A stretch of 62,778 nucleotides of DNA, filler included, from 9 parts of 9 records of this genome joined end to end with filler, not necessarily neighbours in it; one strand, 5' to 3'; shown: positions 20,722 to 31,437, counted from the first letter of the whole stretch. Notes: generated by a model not told the origin, from the sequence alone. Numbers and translations are program-made.

Positions 20722-20821
20722 NNNNNNNNNNNNNNNNNNNNNNNNNNNNNNNNNNNNNNNNNNNNTTAATTAATTAANNNNNNNNNNNNNNNNNNNNNNN
20801 NNNNNNNNNNNNNNNNNNNNN

Positions 20822-21449
20822 CGGCCCCAACGGGGCCGGCAAAACCACGGTACTGGACCTGATTTGCGGCAAGACCAAGGCGACCTCGGGTTCCATCAAG
20901 TTTGATGGCAAGGAGCTGACCAGGCTCAAGGAGCACCAGATTGTGCATTCCGGCGTTGGTCGCAAGTTCCAGACCCCGTCGGTGTTCGAGGACCTGACGG
21001 TGTTCGAGAACCTGGAGGTGTCATATCCACAGGGCCACAGCGTGATGGGGGCGCTGGCCTTCAAACGCTCGGCTGAGGTGGTGGCTGCGGTGGAAGACGT
21101 GGCCGAGACCATCTTCCTGAAAGATGCCCTGGACCAGCCGGCGTCGCTGCTCAGTCACGGCCAGAAGCAGTGGCTGGAGATTGGCATGCTGCTGATCCAG
21201 AAGCCGGACCTGTTGATGCTGGATGAACCGGTGGCCGGCATGTCGGTGGCCGAGCGCAAGAAAACCGCTGAACTGCTGCGGCGCATTACCAAAGACCACA
21301 CGGTGCTGGTGATTGAGCACGACATGCAGTTTGTCGGGGATATCGCAGACCGGGTCACGGTGATGCACCAGGGCAAGGTTCTGTCTGAGGGGTCCATCGA
21401 GCACGTGAAGTCGGACCCGAAAGTCATCGAAGTCTACCTGGGGCATTGA
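20822..21449 (+). CDS. urtD: Urea/short-chain amide ABC transporter ATP-binding protein UrtD (5' truncated)
   Basis: GPNGAGKTT, GRKFQTPSVF, LSHGQKQWLEIGMLL and EVYLG motifs. Confidence 0.88.
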
Positions 21450-21451
21450 TC

Positions 21452-22141
21452 ATGCTGAGCGTCAAACAACATTCGGTGGCCTATGGCCAGAGCAGCATTA
21501 TCCAGGACCTGAACCTGGAGGTGGGCAAGCAGGAAATCGTGGCGGTGGTAGGCCGCAACGGTATGGGTAAAACCACCCTGATGAAATCCCTGGTGGGTAT
21601 GACCCCGAGCCGCGGTGGCCAGGTCACGCTGGATGGCACGGACCTGTCGAACCTGAAGAGCTTCCAGCGGGTGAGGGCCGGCATCGGGTTTGTGCCCCAG
21701 GGGCGGATGATTTTCCCGACCCTGACGGTGAAGGAAAACATCGAGACCGGTCTGGCCGCGGTGGGCGAGAAGAAAATTCCGGAAGACCTTTATGAGCTGT
21801 TTCCGGTGCTGAAGGAAATGCAGCACCGCCGGGGCGGCAACCTTTCCGGCGGGCAGCAGCAACAACTGGCCATTGCCCGGGCCCTCGCGACCCGGCCCAA
21901 GGTGCTTCTGCTCGATGAGCCGACCGAGGGCATCCAGCCCAACATCATCAAGGACATTGCCAAGACCCTTCGGCGCATTCGCGATGAGCGGGGGCTGTCG
22001 ATTGTGGTGTCGGAGCAGGTGTTGAGCTTTGTGATGGATGCGGCGGACCGGATTCTGGTGATCGAGAAGGGGGAGATTGTGCACGAGGAGCTTCGGGAAG
22101 AGGCGGATCAGGACAAGATTGCCAGCTATCTGGCCGTTTGA
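21452..22141 (+). CDS. urtE: Urea/short-chain amide ABC transporter ATP-binding protein UrtE
   Basis: GRNGMGKTT, LSGGQQQQLAIARAL and DEPTEGIQP motifs. Confidence 0.88.
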   Translation: MLSVKQHSVAYGQSSIIQDLNLEVGKQEIVAVVGRNGMGKTTLMKSLVGMTPSRGGQVTLDGTDLSNLKSFQRVRAGIGFVPQGRMIFPTLTVKENIETGLAAVGEKKIPEDLYELFPVLKEMQHRRGGNLSGGQQQQLAIARALATRPKVLLLDEPTEGIQPNIIKDIAKTLRRIRDERGLSIVVSEQVLSFVMDAADRILVIEKGEIVHEELREEADQDKIASYLAV

Positions 22142-22220
22142 TTATGGGGTTTGGTGCAAGTCCCCGCCCCATCGGCCCGAACTTTAGAGATAACCCGTAA
22201 AGAACCTTGGAGTAAGAAGT

Positions 22221-23267
22221 ATGAGACACGGTGATATTTCCAGCAGTAACGATACCGTCGGCGTGGCGGTGGTGAACTACAAGATGCCCCGGCTGCATAC
22301 CAAAGCCGAGGTGCTGGACAACGCCCGCAAGATTGCGGACATGATCAAGGGTATGAAGGTGGGGCTGCCGGGGATGGATCTGGTGGTGTTTCCGGAATAC
22401 AGCACCATGGGGATCATGTACGACAACGACGAGATGATGGAGACCGCCGCCACCATTCCCGGAGATGAGACAGCGATTTTCTCGGCGGCCTGCCGGGAGG
22501 CGAATACCTGGGGAGTGTTTTCGCTCACCGGCGAGCGCCATGAAGATCATCCCAACAAGGCGCCCTACAACACCCTGGTGCTGATCAACAACGAGGGTGA
22601 GATTGTCCAGAAATACCGCAAGTGCATTCCCTGGTGCCCGATTGAGGGCTGGTACCCCGGCGATACCACCTATGTGACCGAGGGGCCGAAGGGGATGAAG
22701 ATCAGTCTGATCATCTGTGACGACGGCAACTACCCGGAGATCTGGCGCGACTGCGCCATGAAGGGGGCGGAGCTGATTGTGCGGTGCCAGGGTTACATGT
22801 ATCCGGCCAAGGAACAGCAGATCATGATGGCCAAGAGCATGGCCTGGGCCAACAACTGTTACGTGGCGGTGGCTAATGCCTCCGGCTTTGACGGGGTGTA
22901 TTCGTACTTCGGGCACTCCGCCATCATCGGCTTTGATGGTCGTACCCTGGGTGAATGTGGCGAGGAGGACATGGGGGTGCAGTACGCCCAGCTGTCTGTC
23001 AGCCAGATCCGCGACGCCCGCGCCAACGACCAGTCCCAGAACCACCTGTTCAAGCTGCTGCACCGGGGCTACACCGGCGTTCACAACTCCGGTGATGGCG
23101 ACAAGGGCGTGGCCGATTGCCCGTTCGAGTTCTATCGCACCTGGGTGATGGACGCCCAGAAAGCCCAGGAAAACGTCGAGGCCATGACCCGCAAAACCGT
23201 GGGCACGGCGGAGTGCCCGGTGGGTGAACTGCCGTTCGATGGCAAGGAAAAAACTGCAGGGGCCTGA
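22221..23267 (+). CDS. amiE: Aliphatic amidase (nitrilase superfamily)
   Basis: [28 protein letters not shown]-terminus. Catalytic FPEYS, YRK and [15 protein letters not shown] motifs. Confidence 0.96.
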   Translation: MRHGDISSSNDTVGVAVVNYKMPRLHTKAEVLDNARKIADMIKGMKVGLPGMDLVVFPEYSTMGIMYDNDEMMETAATIPGDETAIFSAACREANTWGVFSLTGERHEDHPNKAPYNTLVLINNEGEIVQKYRKCIPWCPIEGWYPGDTTYVTEGPKGMKISLIICDDGNYPEIWRDCAMKGAELIVRCQGYMYPAKEQQIMMAKSMAWANNCYVAVANASGFDGVYSYFGHSAIIGFDGRTLGECGEEDMGVQYAQLSVSQIRDARANDQSQNHLFKLLHRGYTGVHNSGDGDKGVADCPFEFYRTWVMDAQKAQENVEAMTRKTVGTAECPVGELPFDGKEKTAGA

Positions 23268-23282
23268 GCCCGGGAGACCGCG

Positions 23283-24326
23283 ATGCCGTTTATCAATGAG
23301 CGGCTGGAAGCCAACCGGGAAACGCTGGCAAGGAACCGGGCCGATTCAGGCCCGGTTCGTGTTTCCCGGTTCCGCTTTGAGCCGGATGCCGTAATGGCGA
23401 GCCTGCGGGCCAATATCGTGGGCCAGCAGCACGCCCTGGAGGCGATGGAATCCATGCTGGTTCGGGTCAAGGCCGACATCGGTGAAGAGAACCGCCCGCT
23501 GGCGGTTCACTTGTTTCTGGGGCCGACCGGGGTGGGCAAGACTGAAACCGTACGGCTGATTGCCGAGGCCATTCATGGCAGCCGCGATGCCCTGTGCCGA
23601 ATCGACATGAACACCCTGGCCCAGGAGCACTACGCGGCGGCGCTGACCGGCGCGCCGCCCGGTTATGTGGGCAGCAAGGAAGGCCACAGCCTGTTTGATC
23701 TTGAGAAGGTTCAGGGGTCGTTCAGCAAACCGGGCATCGTCCTGTTCGACGAACTTGAAAAGGCCAGCAAGGAGGTCACCCGGACCCTGCTCAATGTGCT
23801 CGATACCGGTCGGCTGGTGTTCCCCTCCGGCAACCGGGAAATCGACTTCCGCAACACGCTGATCTTTATGACCAGCAACGCCGGAGCCCTGGAAGCGGAA
23901 GCGCACCATCATCGCTATCAGCGAGGCTGGCGCCGCTGGCTGGGGCTGGAGCCGGGCCCGCAGGAGAACCTTCGGGACAAGGCCCTGCGCCGCCATTTCG
24001 ACCCGGAGTTCCTGAACCGGATTGACCAGATTCTTACGTTCAACCCCCTGACAGACCAGTGGCTGTATGCCCTTCTGGAGATCGAACTGGCCGGGTTGAA
24101 CAAGCGCCTGGCCCGCAAACAGGCCTCGCTGGATTTGTCGGTGGAGCTGCGCAGTGTGTTGTGCCGCGATTACGACAGCCGCTATGGCGCCCGCGAGATG
24201 CTACGGGCGTTCCGCCAGAAACTGGAGCCGGCGCTGGCCCGTGCGTTGCTGGCGCATCCCGAGCATTCCTCATTTCTGGCCGAGCTCAAGGGGCAGGAGA
24301 TAGTGGTGCGCCAATACGTCGAATGA
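23283..24326 (+). CDS. Single-module ClpB-D2-like AAA+ ATPase (AmiB-type)
   Basis: GPTGVGKT, GAPPGYVGS, LFDELEKA, PEFLNRID and YGAR motifs. Directly follows amiE, as amiB does in Pseudomonas. Confidence 0.82.
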   Translation: MPFINERLEANRETLARNRADSGPVRVSRFRFEPDAVMASLRANIVGQQHALEAMESMLVRVKADIGEENRPLAVHLFLGPTGVGKTETVRLIAEAIHGSRDALCRIDMNTLAQEHYAAALTGAPPGYVGSKEGHSLFDLEKVQGSFSKPGIVLFDELEKASKEVTRTLLNVLDTGRLVFPSGNREIDFRNTLIFMTSNAGALEAEAHHHRYQRGWRRWLGLEPGPQENLRDKALRRHFDPEFLNRIDQILTFNPLTDQWLYALLEIELAGLNKRLARKQASLDLSVELRSVLCRDYDSRYGAREMLRAFRQKLEPALARALLAHPEHSSFLAELKGQEIVVRQYVE

Positions 24327-24461
24327 CGTAGGTGCCGGGGGCAATTCGCGAATACCGCGCCGGTGGCGTATCGCGGATAGTGAAACGGTCAGCGCAGGCG
24401 CCGTCGGGCACTGCGTTCCCAAGCTTAGACGCCGAACGCCAAGAACCAAGGAGCGACCGCT

Positions 24462-25694
24462 ATGGCCGAAACACTCATCAAGATCGATTTGAGCAAATCC
24501 GCGTACGAGAACGAGAATATCCACAACCGCTGGCATCCGGACATTCCCATGGCGGCGACGGTCAAGCCCGGGGACGATTTCATCCTCGAGTGTTACGACT
24601 GGACCGGTGGCCAGATCAAGAACAACGACAGCGCCGACGACGTGCGCGATGTGGATCTGACCCAGGTTCACTTCCTGTCTGGCCCGGTGGGCGTGGAGGG
24701 CGCAGAACCCGGCGACCTGCTGGAAGTGGACATCCTCGACATCGGTGCCTTCAAGGACAGCCAGTGGGGCTTCAACGGTTTCTTCTCCAAGAAGAACGGC
24801 GGCGGCTTTCTGACCGAGCACTTTCCGGAGGCCCAGAAATCCATCTGGGACTTCAACGGTATGTTCACCAAATCCCGCCACATCCCCAACGTTGAATTCG
24901 CCGGCATGATCCACCCGGGCCTGATCGGCTGCCTGCCGTCCAAGGAAATGCTGGCGGAGTGGAACAAGCGCGAGAAAGAACTGTACGACACCGAGCCGGA
25001 TCGGGTGCCGGGCCTGGCGAACCTGCCCTACGCCGACACGGCCCACCTGGGCAAGCTGGCCGGTGATGCCGCCAAAGAGGCAGCGCTGGAAGCCGCCCGC
25101 ACCGTACCGCCCCGGGAACACGGTGGTAACTGCGACATCAAGGACTTGTCCCGTGGTTCCAAGGTGTATTTCCCGGTCTATGTGAAGGGGGCAGGCCTGT
25201 CGGTGGGCGACCTGCACTTCAGCCAGGGCGACGGCGAGATCACCTTCTGCGGCGCCATCGAAATGGCCGGCTGGATTCACCTGCGGGTGAACCTGATCAA
25301 GGACGGTATGGCCAAATACGGCATCAAGAACCCGGTCTTCAAACCCAGCAGCATCAAGCCGCGCTACGAGGACTATGTGATCTTCGAGGGCATCTCGGTG
25401 GATGAAGAGGGCCAGCAGCACTACCTGGACGTGCACGTGGCCTACCGCCAGGCCTGCCTCAACGCCATCAACTACCTGACCAAGTTCGGTTACACCCCGG
25501 CTCAGGGTTACGCGTTGCTCGGCTGTGCGCCGGTGGAAGGCCACATCAGTGGCGTGGTGGATGTGCCCAACGCTTGCGCCACCCTGTGGTTGCCGACCGA
25601 GATCTTCGACTTCGACATCAACCCCACGGCGGAAGGACCGACCAGGAAGGTCACGCCGGGCACCGACGTACCCCTTTCACCGGACAAGGAGTAA
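24462..25694 (+). CDS. fmdA: Formamidase (FmdA/AmdA family)
   Basis: HNRWHPDIP, PPREHGGNCDIK and GDLHFSQGDGEITFCGAIE motifs. Confidence 0.93.
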   Translation: MAETLIKIDLSKSAYENENIHNRWHPDIPMAATVKPGDDFILECYDWTGGQIKNNDSADDVRDVDLTQVHFLSGPVGVEGAEPGDLLEVDILDIGAFKDSQWGFNGFFSKKNGGGFLTEHFPEAQKSIWDFNGMFTKSRHIPNVEFAGMIHPGLIGCLPSKEMLAEWNKREKELYDTEPDRVPGLANLPYADTAHLGKLAGDAAKEAALEAARTVPPREHGGNCDIKDLSRGSKVYFPVYVKGAGLSVGDLHFSQGDGEITFCGAIEMAGWIHLRVNLIKDGMAKYGIKNPVFKPSSIKPRYEDYVIFEGISVDEEGQQHYLDVHVAYRQACLNAINYLTKFGYTPAQGYALLGCAPVEGHISGVVDVPNACATLWLPTEIFDFDINPTAEGPTRKVTPGTDVPLSPDKE

Positions 25695-25697
25695 GCC

Positions 25698-26051
25698 ATG
25701 CCACTGTACGACTACAAATGCCGGGAACACGGGCTGTTCCAGGAACTGGGCGCCATGGCCGAAGCCGGTAACCCGGCCCATTGCCCTACCTGCAAGGCGC
25801 TGTCACCCCGGGTGATTGTGCTGCCGCCGGAGCTCCTGGCCATGGACCCGGCCCGCCGCAACGCGGAGGCGCGGAATGAAAAGGCGAGCCACGAGCCCAT
25901 CATCTCCACCGCCGACCAGCGGGCCCGGGACGCCGAGCACCGCAAGAGTTGTGGCTGCAAGAAAAAGTCGGACGGTAAACACATGCTGTTCTACACCGCC
26001 GACGGCAAGAAGATGTTCCCGTCCATGCGGCCCTGGATGATCAGCCACTGA
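25698..26051 (+). CDS. FmdB-family zinc-ribbon protein
   Basis: MPLYDYKC..HG.F...CPTC and C-terminal FPSMRPWMISH. Follows fmdA. Confidence 0.88.
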   Translation: MPLYDYKCREHGLFQELGAMAEAGNPAHCPTCKALSPRVIVLPPELLAMDPARRNAEARNEKASHEPIISTADQRARDAEHRKSCGCKKKSDGKHMLFYTADGKKMFPSMRPWMISH

Positions 26052-26070
26052 CCATTGCTTTCACGTGTTT

Positions 26071-26094
26071 GGCCCCCTTGAGGGGCCTTTTTTT
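26071..26094 (+). terminator. Intrinsic terminator of the amide operon
   Basis: GGCCCC-loop-GGGGCC followed by T7. Confidence 0.75.
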
Positions 26095-26102
26095 ATGGCC
26101 GA

Positions 26103-26831
26103 TCAGCGGTTTTGCTCCAGGGTGAGATCGCCATACCAGGCCGTGGCCTGCTCGCCGGTGTTGTCGGCGTCGGTCATGATGGCCACGCCCACAATGGCGG
26201 GCGGTTCTTCGCCGAAGGCCTGCCGGTAATCTGCCACCAGATCCCGGGTAACGGTCACCCATTCGCCCATCTGCGACGGCCCGGAGTTGACGGCAATCAT
26301 CATGGTTTTGTCGGTGTAGGCGTTGGCGACCATGCTCTGCTCTGGTAGCTGATTGGCCCAGATGTAGTTCAGGGCGTTGCCGGGCAGGGTCTCGCCGAAC
26401 AGCACTTCCACGGTCTTGCGCTTGGCCCGTTCAAAAAAACCGGCCTTGTCCGGCTGAAACTCAAAGGCGACGTAGATGCGGGCAGGGTAGTCATCACCGG
26501 ACTTTTCGCGGGCGTTGCCGGCTTCGTAGATGTTCGACACCTTCCAGCGCCATGACAGCGTAAGCGAGTCGCCGGGCACCAGCTCAACACGGGCAATCAG
26601 CCCGGAGGCGCTGGCGTCTGCGTCGGCACGGACCACCTGCTGGCCGTCGTCCGTGTCCAGGGTGTAGCGGGTGTGTGTCTCGATGTTCGGAAAGGTCAGA
26701 GGTTCCCAGCCGTCTTCCAGTGAGGCCATGGTGGAGAACCGGGTTAGCCGGTCTGTGTCTGCCCACACCGGGCTGGCGGCGAGACCGAGCATCAGGGTAC
26801 TGGCCAAAAGCAGCGAAATTCTCACATTCAT
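26103..26831 (-). CDS. Exported DUF3047-like protein
   Basis: Signal peptide, LSWRWKV, GDDYPARIYVAF, ALNYIWAN and AIMTDADNTG motifs. Confidence 0.8.
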   Translation of the reverse strand: MNVRISLLLASTLMLGLAASPVWADTDRLTRFSTMASLEDGWEPLTFPNIETHTRYTLDTDDGQQVVRADADASASGLIARVELVPGDSLTLSWRWKVSNIYEAGNAREKSGDDYPARIYVAFEFQPDKAGFFERAKRKTVEVLFGETLPGNALNYIWANQLPEQSMVANAYTDKTMMIAVNSGPSQMGEWVTVTRDLVADYRQAFGEEPPAIVGVAIMTDADNTGEQATAWYGDLTLEQNR

Positions 26832-26897
26832 TCCTCAAATCCGGTGGTCTGGAGATGGACAGGCTCTGTTGCAAAAAGTGCCTTGTCTTGGCGTATT

Positions 26898-26945
26898 CGG
26901 CCCTATATAGTGACCGGGTCCTTGGTTAACTACCATATATTGTGA
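26898..26945 (+). promoter_or_regulatory. Tandem NrdR boxes
   Basis: CGGCCCTATATAGTGA (26898-26913) and CTACCATATATTGTGA (26930-26945), 32 bp apart, match the NrdR consensus acaCwAtATaTwGtg. Confidence 0.72.
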
Positions 26946-27024
26946 TCAAACTCTGATCATCTTGATCACAGGGTAGTCGGGAATCCGGTGAGAATCCGGA
27001 ACTGACGCGCAGCGGTATTGGGGA
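26941..27024 (+). ncRNA. Cobalamin (B12) riboswitch, 5' part, truncated by the contig end
   Basis: The core GGGAATCCGGTGAGAATCCGGAACTGACGCGCAGCGGT matches the GGGAA-cGGTG-AA-tCCg-CTG-c-GCA-C-GT pattern. It is preceded by a TGTGATCAA...TTGATCACA hairpin. Confidence 0.8.
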
Positions 27025-27124
27025 NNNNNNNNNNNNNNNNNNNNNNNNNNNNNNNNNNNNNNNNNNNNTTAATTAATTAANNNNNNNNNNNNNNNNNNNN
27101 NNNNNNNNNNNNNNNNNNNNNNNN

Positions 27125-27847
27125 GAGCCGTTCGCTGACCACCTGGTCAATGGCTTCGTGCACGCTCTGGGGCGGTGTACCCAGAGCATCCGGGTCGTCG
27201 ATCAGATTACGTACCGCCTTGCGCAGATCGGTGGGGGTTTTCCAGTGGCTCAGGGCTTCGTCCATAAGGGCCGGTGGTAACGGGTAAACGAAGGTACGCC
27301 AGTAATCCCTTGCCACCTCGTCCAGCAGTTCGCTCTGGTCCGTTTCCAGGGTGAGCTTGAACAGGCTGCCGCTGTCGAAGGCGTGTTCGCTGAGCATGCG
27401 GTTGCAGAAACCGTGAATGGTGGATACCGCCGCTTCGTCCATCCATTCGGCGGCCAGCAGCAGTTTCTTGCGGCAGTCAGGCCACCTGGCCGGGTCCGGA
27501 TAACTGTCATCCCGCAGCTTGTGGATAAGTGCGGTTTCCGGGGTGGGTTCGAGGTGGTCAGCGGCGTCGGAAAACACCTCGGCGGCCTGGGTCAGCCGGG
27601 TGCGGATGCGGTCCCGCAGCTCCTTGGTGGCGGCGTCGGTAAAGGTGACCACCAGCAGGTTTGGTGGCAACAGGTTCTGCAGCGGGCTGTCTTCTGCCTG
27701 GCCATGGCCCAGCACCAGGCGCACATACAGGATGGCGATGGTGAAGGTTTTGCCGGTGCCGGCGCTGGCCTCGATCAGCGCGCTGCCATTCAGGGGCAGG
27801 GCCAGCGGGTCCAGGTTCGGGTTTCGGTTGGTTCTCTGTTCCGTCAT
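27125..27847 (-). CDS. recB: Exodeoxyribonuclease V beta subunit, N-terminal part (3' truncated)
   Basis: LIEASAGTGKTFTI, VVTFTDAATKELRDRIR and STIHGFC motifs. ATGA overlap with the recC stop. Confidence 0.95.
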
Positions 27848-30800
27848 TCCATACTCCCGATTTGCTCCGCCGCCGACTTGCCCTGTTCGGCCTCCCACAG
27901 AGGCACATAAAGCTGGTGCAGCAGGGCTTCAAACTCGCCGCTCGCCATCAGTGCCTCGGGACTTTCGAAGGCACCCAGCAGGTAGCCGGTGTCCCGGTCC
28001 AGGGCGGTGGAATAGGCCTGTTCTGCTTCGCTAATGGCCCGTTCGTGGTCGCCGACAGATTTCTTGCCGCCATAGAAACTGGTGATCCAGGCAAAGCCGG
28101 CTTCGCAGTGAATGGGCAGGGTCCGGGTGGTGGCTTCCATCCAGCGGCCCAGAATGGCTTCGAAGTGCTTTTGTGCCTGCTCCGGGGCCATGACCGGGAA
28201 GTGGAATTTACGGCCTTCTTCCTTGCCCAGGATCACGGTTTCATAGGGCTGGCAACTGAGTTGCCCGGCCAGGTGAACCAACCAGTCCCGCAGCAGATTG
28301 GCGTAGCGGACTTTTTTCGAGTAACCGGAGCCGGTCAGCAGACCGGAGTTGGCGATCACCAGTCGGCACAGTTGTCCTGAAGGGTTGCAGCGCAGATTGT
28401 CGATTAAATCGACCACCTCCACTGCGCCTGTGCTATCCGAGTACCGAAACTCGAACGGTAAGGGCTCGGCCACTGCTTCCGGCCACTCGGCCAGCGCGCC
28501 GCGGTAGCGTTGAAACAGGTCTGGCAGGCGGCCGGCCAGCTCGGTGCGCAGGCGATGTTCGGTCACCCCCATACCCAAATCGCCCCGCCGGGCCATACGG
28601 TCCAGAGTGGCTTCCAGGCGTTCGTGCAACTCCTCTTCACTGGCCGCTTTGACGACACCCTCATGGATCAGCTCGTTGTCCAGGCGCCAGCGGTCCAGGC
28701 CGTTCAGGTCGAAGTTTTCGTTATCGGTGTCGTCTTCTTCCACCGTTTCAAAGCGCACCTGCAGCCGGCGCTGGTAGAAGGTGTCGATGGGCTTTTTCAG
28801 GAAATTCGCCAGCTCGGTCAGGCTGATGGGCTCTTCGGGCGTCTGGTACGGCAGCGCTTCCCGGCTCTGCTCCGGGTTATCCACTGCATGAGCGCTGCGC
28901 CATTCCCGTTCATAGGTGAACAGTCCCCGGGCCTGCAGCACATCGGCCAGGGGTTTGGGTTGGGTCTCTTCACCGTCGCCCACGCCGTTGGTTCTGGGGA
29001 AATAGTCCCGGCTGAAAGGCTGCAGCGGATGCTGGGTGGTCAGAGCCTTGGTAACAGAACCATCCGGTTGCCCCGCTACTGTCCACAGACTGTTCAGATG
29101 GTCCTGTAACTGGCCGATGAGCACCGAGGGTGGCCGTTCAGAGTCGTCCCTGATACTGCGCCCCACCCAACTGATGTACAGCTGTTCCCGGGCGGACAAC
29201 AAGGCTTCCAGAAACAGGTAGCGGTCGTCTTCCCGGCGGGAGCGGTCCCCCGGCCGGTAATCCTGGGCCATCAGGTCGAAATCCACCGGCGGCCGGGAGC
29301 GAGGATAGTCGCCGTCGTTCATGCCCAGCAGGCATACCTTGCGGAACGGAATGGCCCTCATCGGCATCAGGGTGGCGAAGTTGACCTTGCCGGCGAGGAA
29401 ACGCTGGTTCAGGCCGCCCTCATCCAGGCCCTGCAGTAGCACATCCTTGACGATATTCAGGGGCAGCGGTTGCTGTTCCAGTCCGGCGGCCAGGGCATCG
29501 TCCAGCCACTGCTCCAACTGACGGCGGAAGCGGTTCAGCAACAGCAGGTCCTGGCCTTCCACCTTGTGGAAAAACTGCTCCAGCATGGCGGAGAACAGGG
29601 CTTCCCATTCCCCGGGCGTGCGGGTGGCCTGCAGTGCCTGCCACAGGGCTTCCAGCTGGTGCACGAATTCGCCCAGGCGACCGGCCAGGCTGGCTTGCAG
29701 GCCGCCGATTTCACCATAGGGCTCTACCCCGCCCCAGGGCTGGTCATCGCCCATGCCATAACCCAGCAACATGGCGCGCAGCCCTGCTTGCCAGGTGTTG
29801 CGTTCCAGCTCTGCCGGCAGGTCCAGGCTTTCCCGGTGCTTGCCATGCAGGCCCCAGCGAATGTTGGCGCCTTCCACCCAGCGCCGGGCCAGAGGGATGT
29901 CGTCTTCGCTGATGTCAAAGCGGTCGCGGATGCCGGCTACTTCCAGCAAGCTGATGATTTCGCTCACACCGAAGCGGCTTCGGGGCAATGACATCAGGGT
30001 TTCCAGGGCAATCAGCACTGGTTCGTGGTGGCGCTGTCCCTGGTCGGAAATGGTGAACGGAATGTGGCGCTTGCGGCCCGGCGAGTAGCGACCGAACACC
30101 GCCTGAATATGAGGCGCGTACACGTTGATGTCAGGCACTATCACGATCACATCCCGGGGCCGCAGTGTCGGATCGGCATTGAACGCAGCCAGCAGCTGGT
30201 CGTGCAGAATTTCCACTTCCCGCTGGGGGCCGTGGGCGTCGTGGAACACCACGGAATGGTCGCGGGTCAGATCCACCGTGCGCTGCTGCTGGCGGATTTC
30301 CTGCAGCGGCGTCAGGTTGTGGATATCGTTCTGCAACTGGTGCAGCAGGCAGGGGTTATCCACATCGCCATGGTCGGTGAAGATGTCGATCTTCTGGCCC
30401 GGCGTCTGGAAACTGGCGCGGTAGTCGTCCGGGTTGTCGAACTCATCCAGCAGGCGGATGTAGTCCCGGCCCTGTTTCCCCCAGGCCGCCAGCAACGGGT
30501 TGGCGTGCTGGTGTAACTGGTCCGGGTCGTCAATTTGCGACAACACCGGGTGTGCTGCGCCCCGCTTGCGTTCGGCTTTTAACAGTTCACGGTCGCTGAT
30601 GATGTCGGCCCAGTAGAACTGGCAGGGGTTGTGCACGCACAGCACCACCTGGCTGAACCGGCTCAGTACATACAGGGCTTCCAGCGCCTGCCTGGGCAGC
30701 GACGATACTCCGAACACCACGATGCGCTTGGGCAAGCGACTGGCATTGGCCGGTTCGCTGATGCGCTGGCCCTGGGTCATAAAGCGGGTGTGGATTTGCG

Positions 30801-31437
30801 AACGGCTGGTGTGGGCCTCGTTGCCCACGTCCTCGACCAGCTTGCGCCAGAGCAGGGGCTGCCAGCAGGCTTCCGAATCCAGCGCTTTTTCCTCGCCCCG
30901 GGCCGTGATCACCACGTCCTTGCCCTGCTCCCAGGCCGCGAGCCAGTCGGCCCGGAACACCTGGTACTGGTCGAACAGATCCGCCACTTTCTCCGCCAAC
31001 TGGAAATTGCGCAGATCGGTATCGCGGCCGTCCAGGAATCGCGCCAGTGGTGTGAACGCCTCATCCTGCCCCACCAGCTCCGGCAACAATCGGTACAGCC
31101 GCCAGACCAGACGGCGCTTGTCGAAGGGGGACTGCTCCGGTACTTCGCCGTCGGGCAACACCGCCCGGTAGGCCTGCCAGATGAACCGTGCCGGAAACAG
31201 GAAATCCATGCCGGCGGCAATGCCCAGGCCGCCTTCTACGCCATCCTCGGTGCGCTTCTCCGCCAGCGCCAGCTTCAGCCACTGGGCAATGCCGTTACTC
31301 TGCACCAGAAAGGTCTCGCTCTGTAGCGGCGGCATGGGGTTCTGCCGGCAGATATAGACCACGGCGCGGCGCAGGTCTTCCAGATGGTTGGCATGGATGG
31401 CGTGAAAGCCGGGTTCAATGGCTGTGGAGTCGGCCAT
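27844..31437 (-). CDS. recC: Exodeoxyribonuclease V gamma subunit
   Basis: LVQSNGIAQWLKL, LFDQYQVFR, NPLLAAWGKQGRD, TLMPMRAIPF and HPLQPFS motifs. 1197 aa. Confidence 0.96.
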   Translation of the reverse strand: MADSTAIEPGFHAIHANHLEDLRRAVVYICRQNPMPPLQSETFLVQSNGIAQWLKLALAEKRTEDGVEGGLGIAAGMDFLFPARFIWQAYRAVLPDGEVPEQSPFDKRRLVWRLYRLLPELVGQDEAFTPLARFLDGRDTDLRNFQLAEKVADLFDQYQVFRADWLAAWEQGKDVVITARGEEKALDSEACWQPLLWRKLVEDVGNEAHTSRSQIHTRFMTQGQRISEPANASRLPKRIVVFGVSSLPRQALEALYVLSRFSQVVLCVHNPCQFYWADIISDRELLKAERKRGAAHPVLSQIDDPDQLHQHANPLLAAWGKQGRDYIRLLDEFDNPDDYRASFQTPGQKIDIFTDHGDVDNPCLLHQLQNDIHNLTPLQEIRQQQRTVDLTRDHSVVFHDAHGPQREVEILHDQLLAAFNADPTLRPRDVIVIVPDINVYAPHIQAVFGRYSPGRKRHIPFTISDQGQRHHEPVLIALETLMSLPRSRFGVSEIISLLEVAGIRDRFDISEDDIPLARRWVEGANIRWGLHGKHRESLDLPAELERNTWQAGLRAMLLGYGMGDDQPWGGVEPYGEIGGLQASLAGRLGEFVHQLEALWQALQATRTPGEWEALFSAMLEQFFHKVEGQDLLLLNRFRRQLEQWLDDALAAGLEQQPLPLNIVKDVLLQGLDEGGLNQRFLAGKVNFATLMPMRAIPFRKVCLLGMNDGDYPRSRPPVDFDLMAQDYRPGDRSRREDDRYLFLEALLSAREQLYISWVGRSIRDDSERPPSVLIGQLQDHLNSLWTVAGQPDGSVTKALTTQHPLQPFSRDYFPRTNGVGDGEETQPKPLADVLQARGLFTYEREWRSAHAVDNPEQSREALPYQTPEEPISLTELANFLKKPIDTFYQRRLQVRFETVEEDDTDNENFDLNGLDRWRLDNELIHEGVVKAASEEELHERLEATLDRMARRGDLGMGVTEHRLRTELAGRLPDLFQRYRGALAEWPEAVAEPLPFEFRYSDSTGAVEVVDLIDNLRCNPSGQLCRLVIANSGLLTGSGYSKKVRYANLLRDWLVHLAGQLSCQPYETVILGKEEGRKFHFPVMAPEQAQKHFEAILGRWMEATTRTLPIHCEAGFAWITSFYGGKKSVGDHERAISEAEQAYSTALDRDTGYLLGAFESPEALMASGEFEALLHQLYVPLWEAEQGKSAAEQIGSME

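Noticed and set aside
24327-24461. Possible ANTAR/AmiR antitermination hairpins in the amide operon
   Set aside because: Only weak stems are present, with no clear twin hexaloop motif or terminator.
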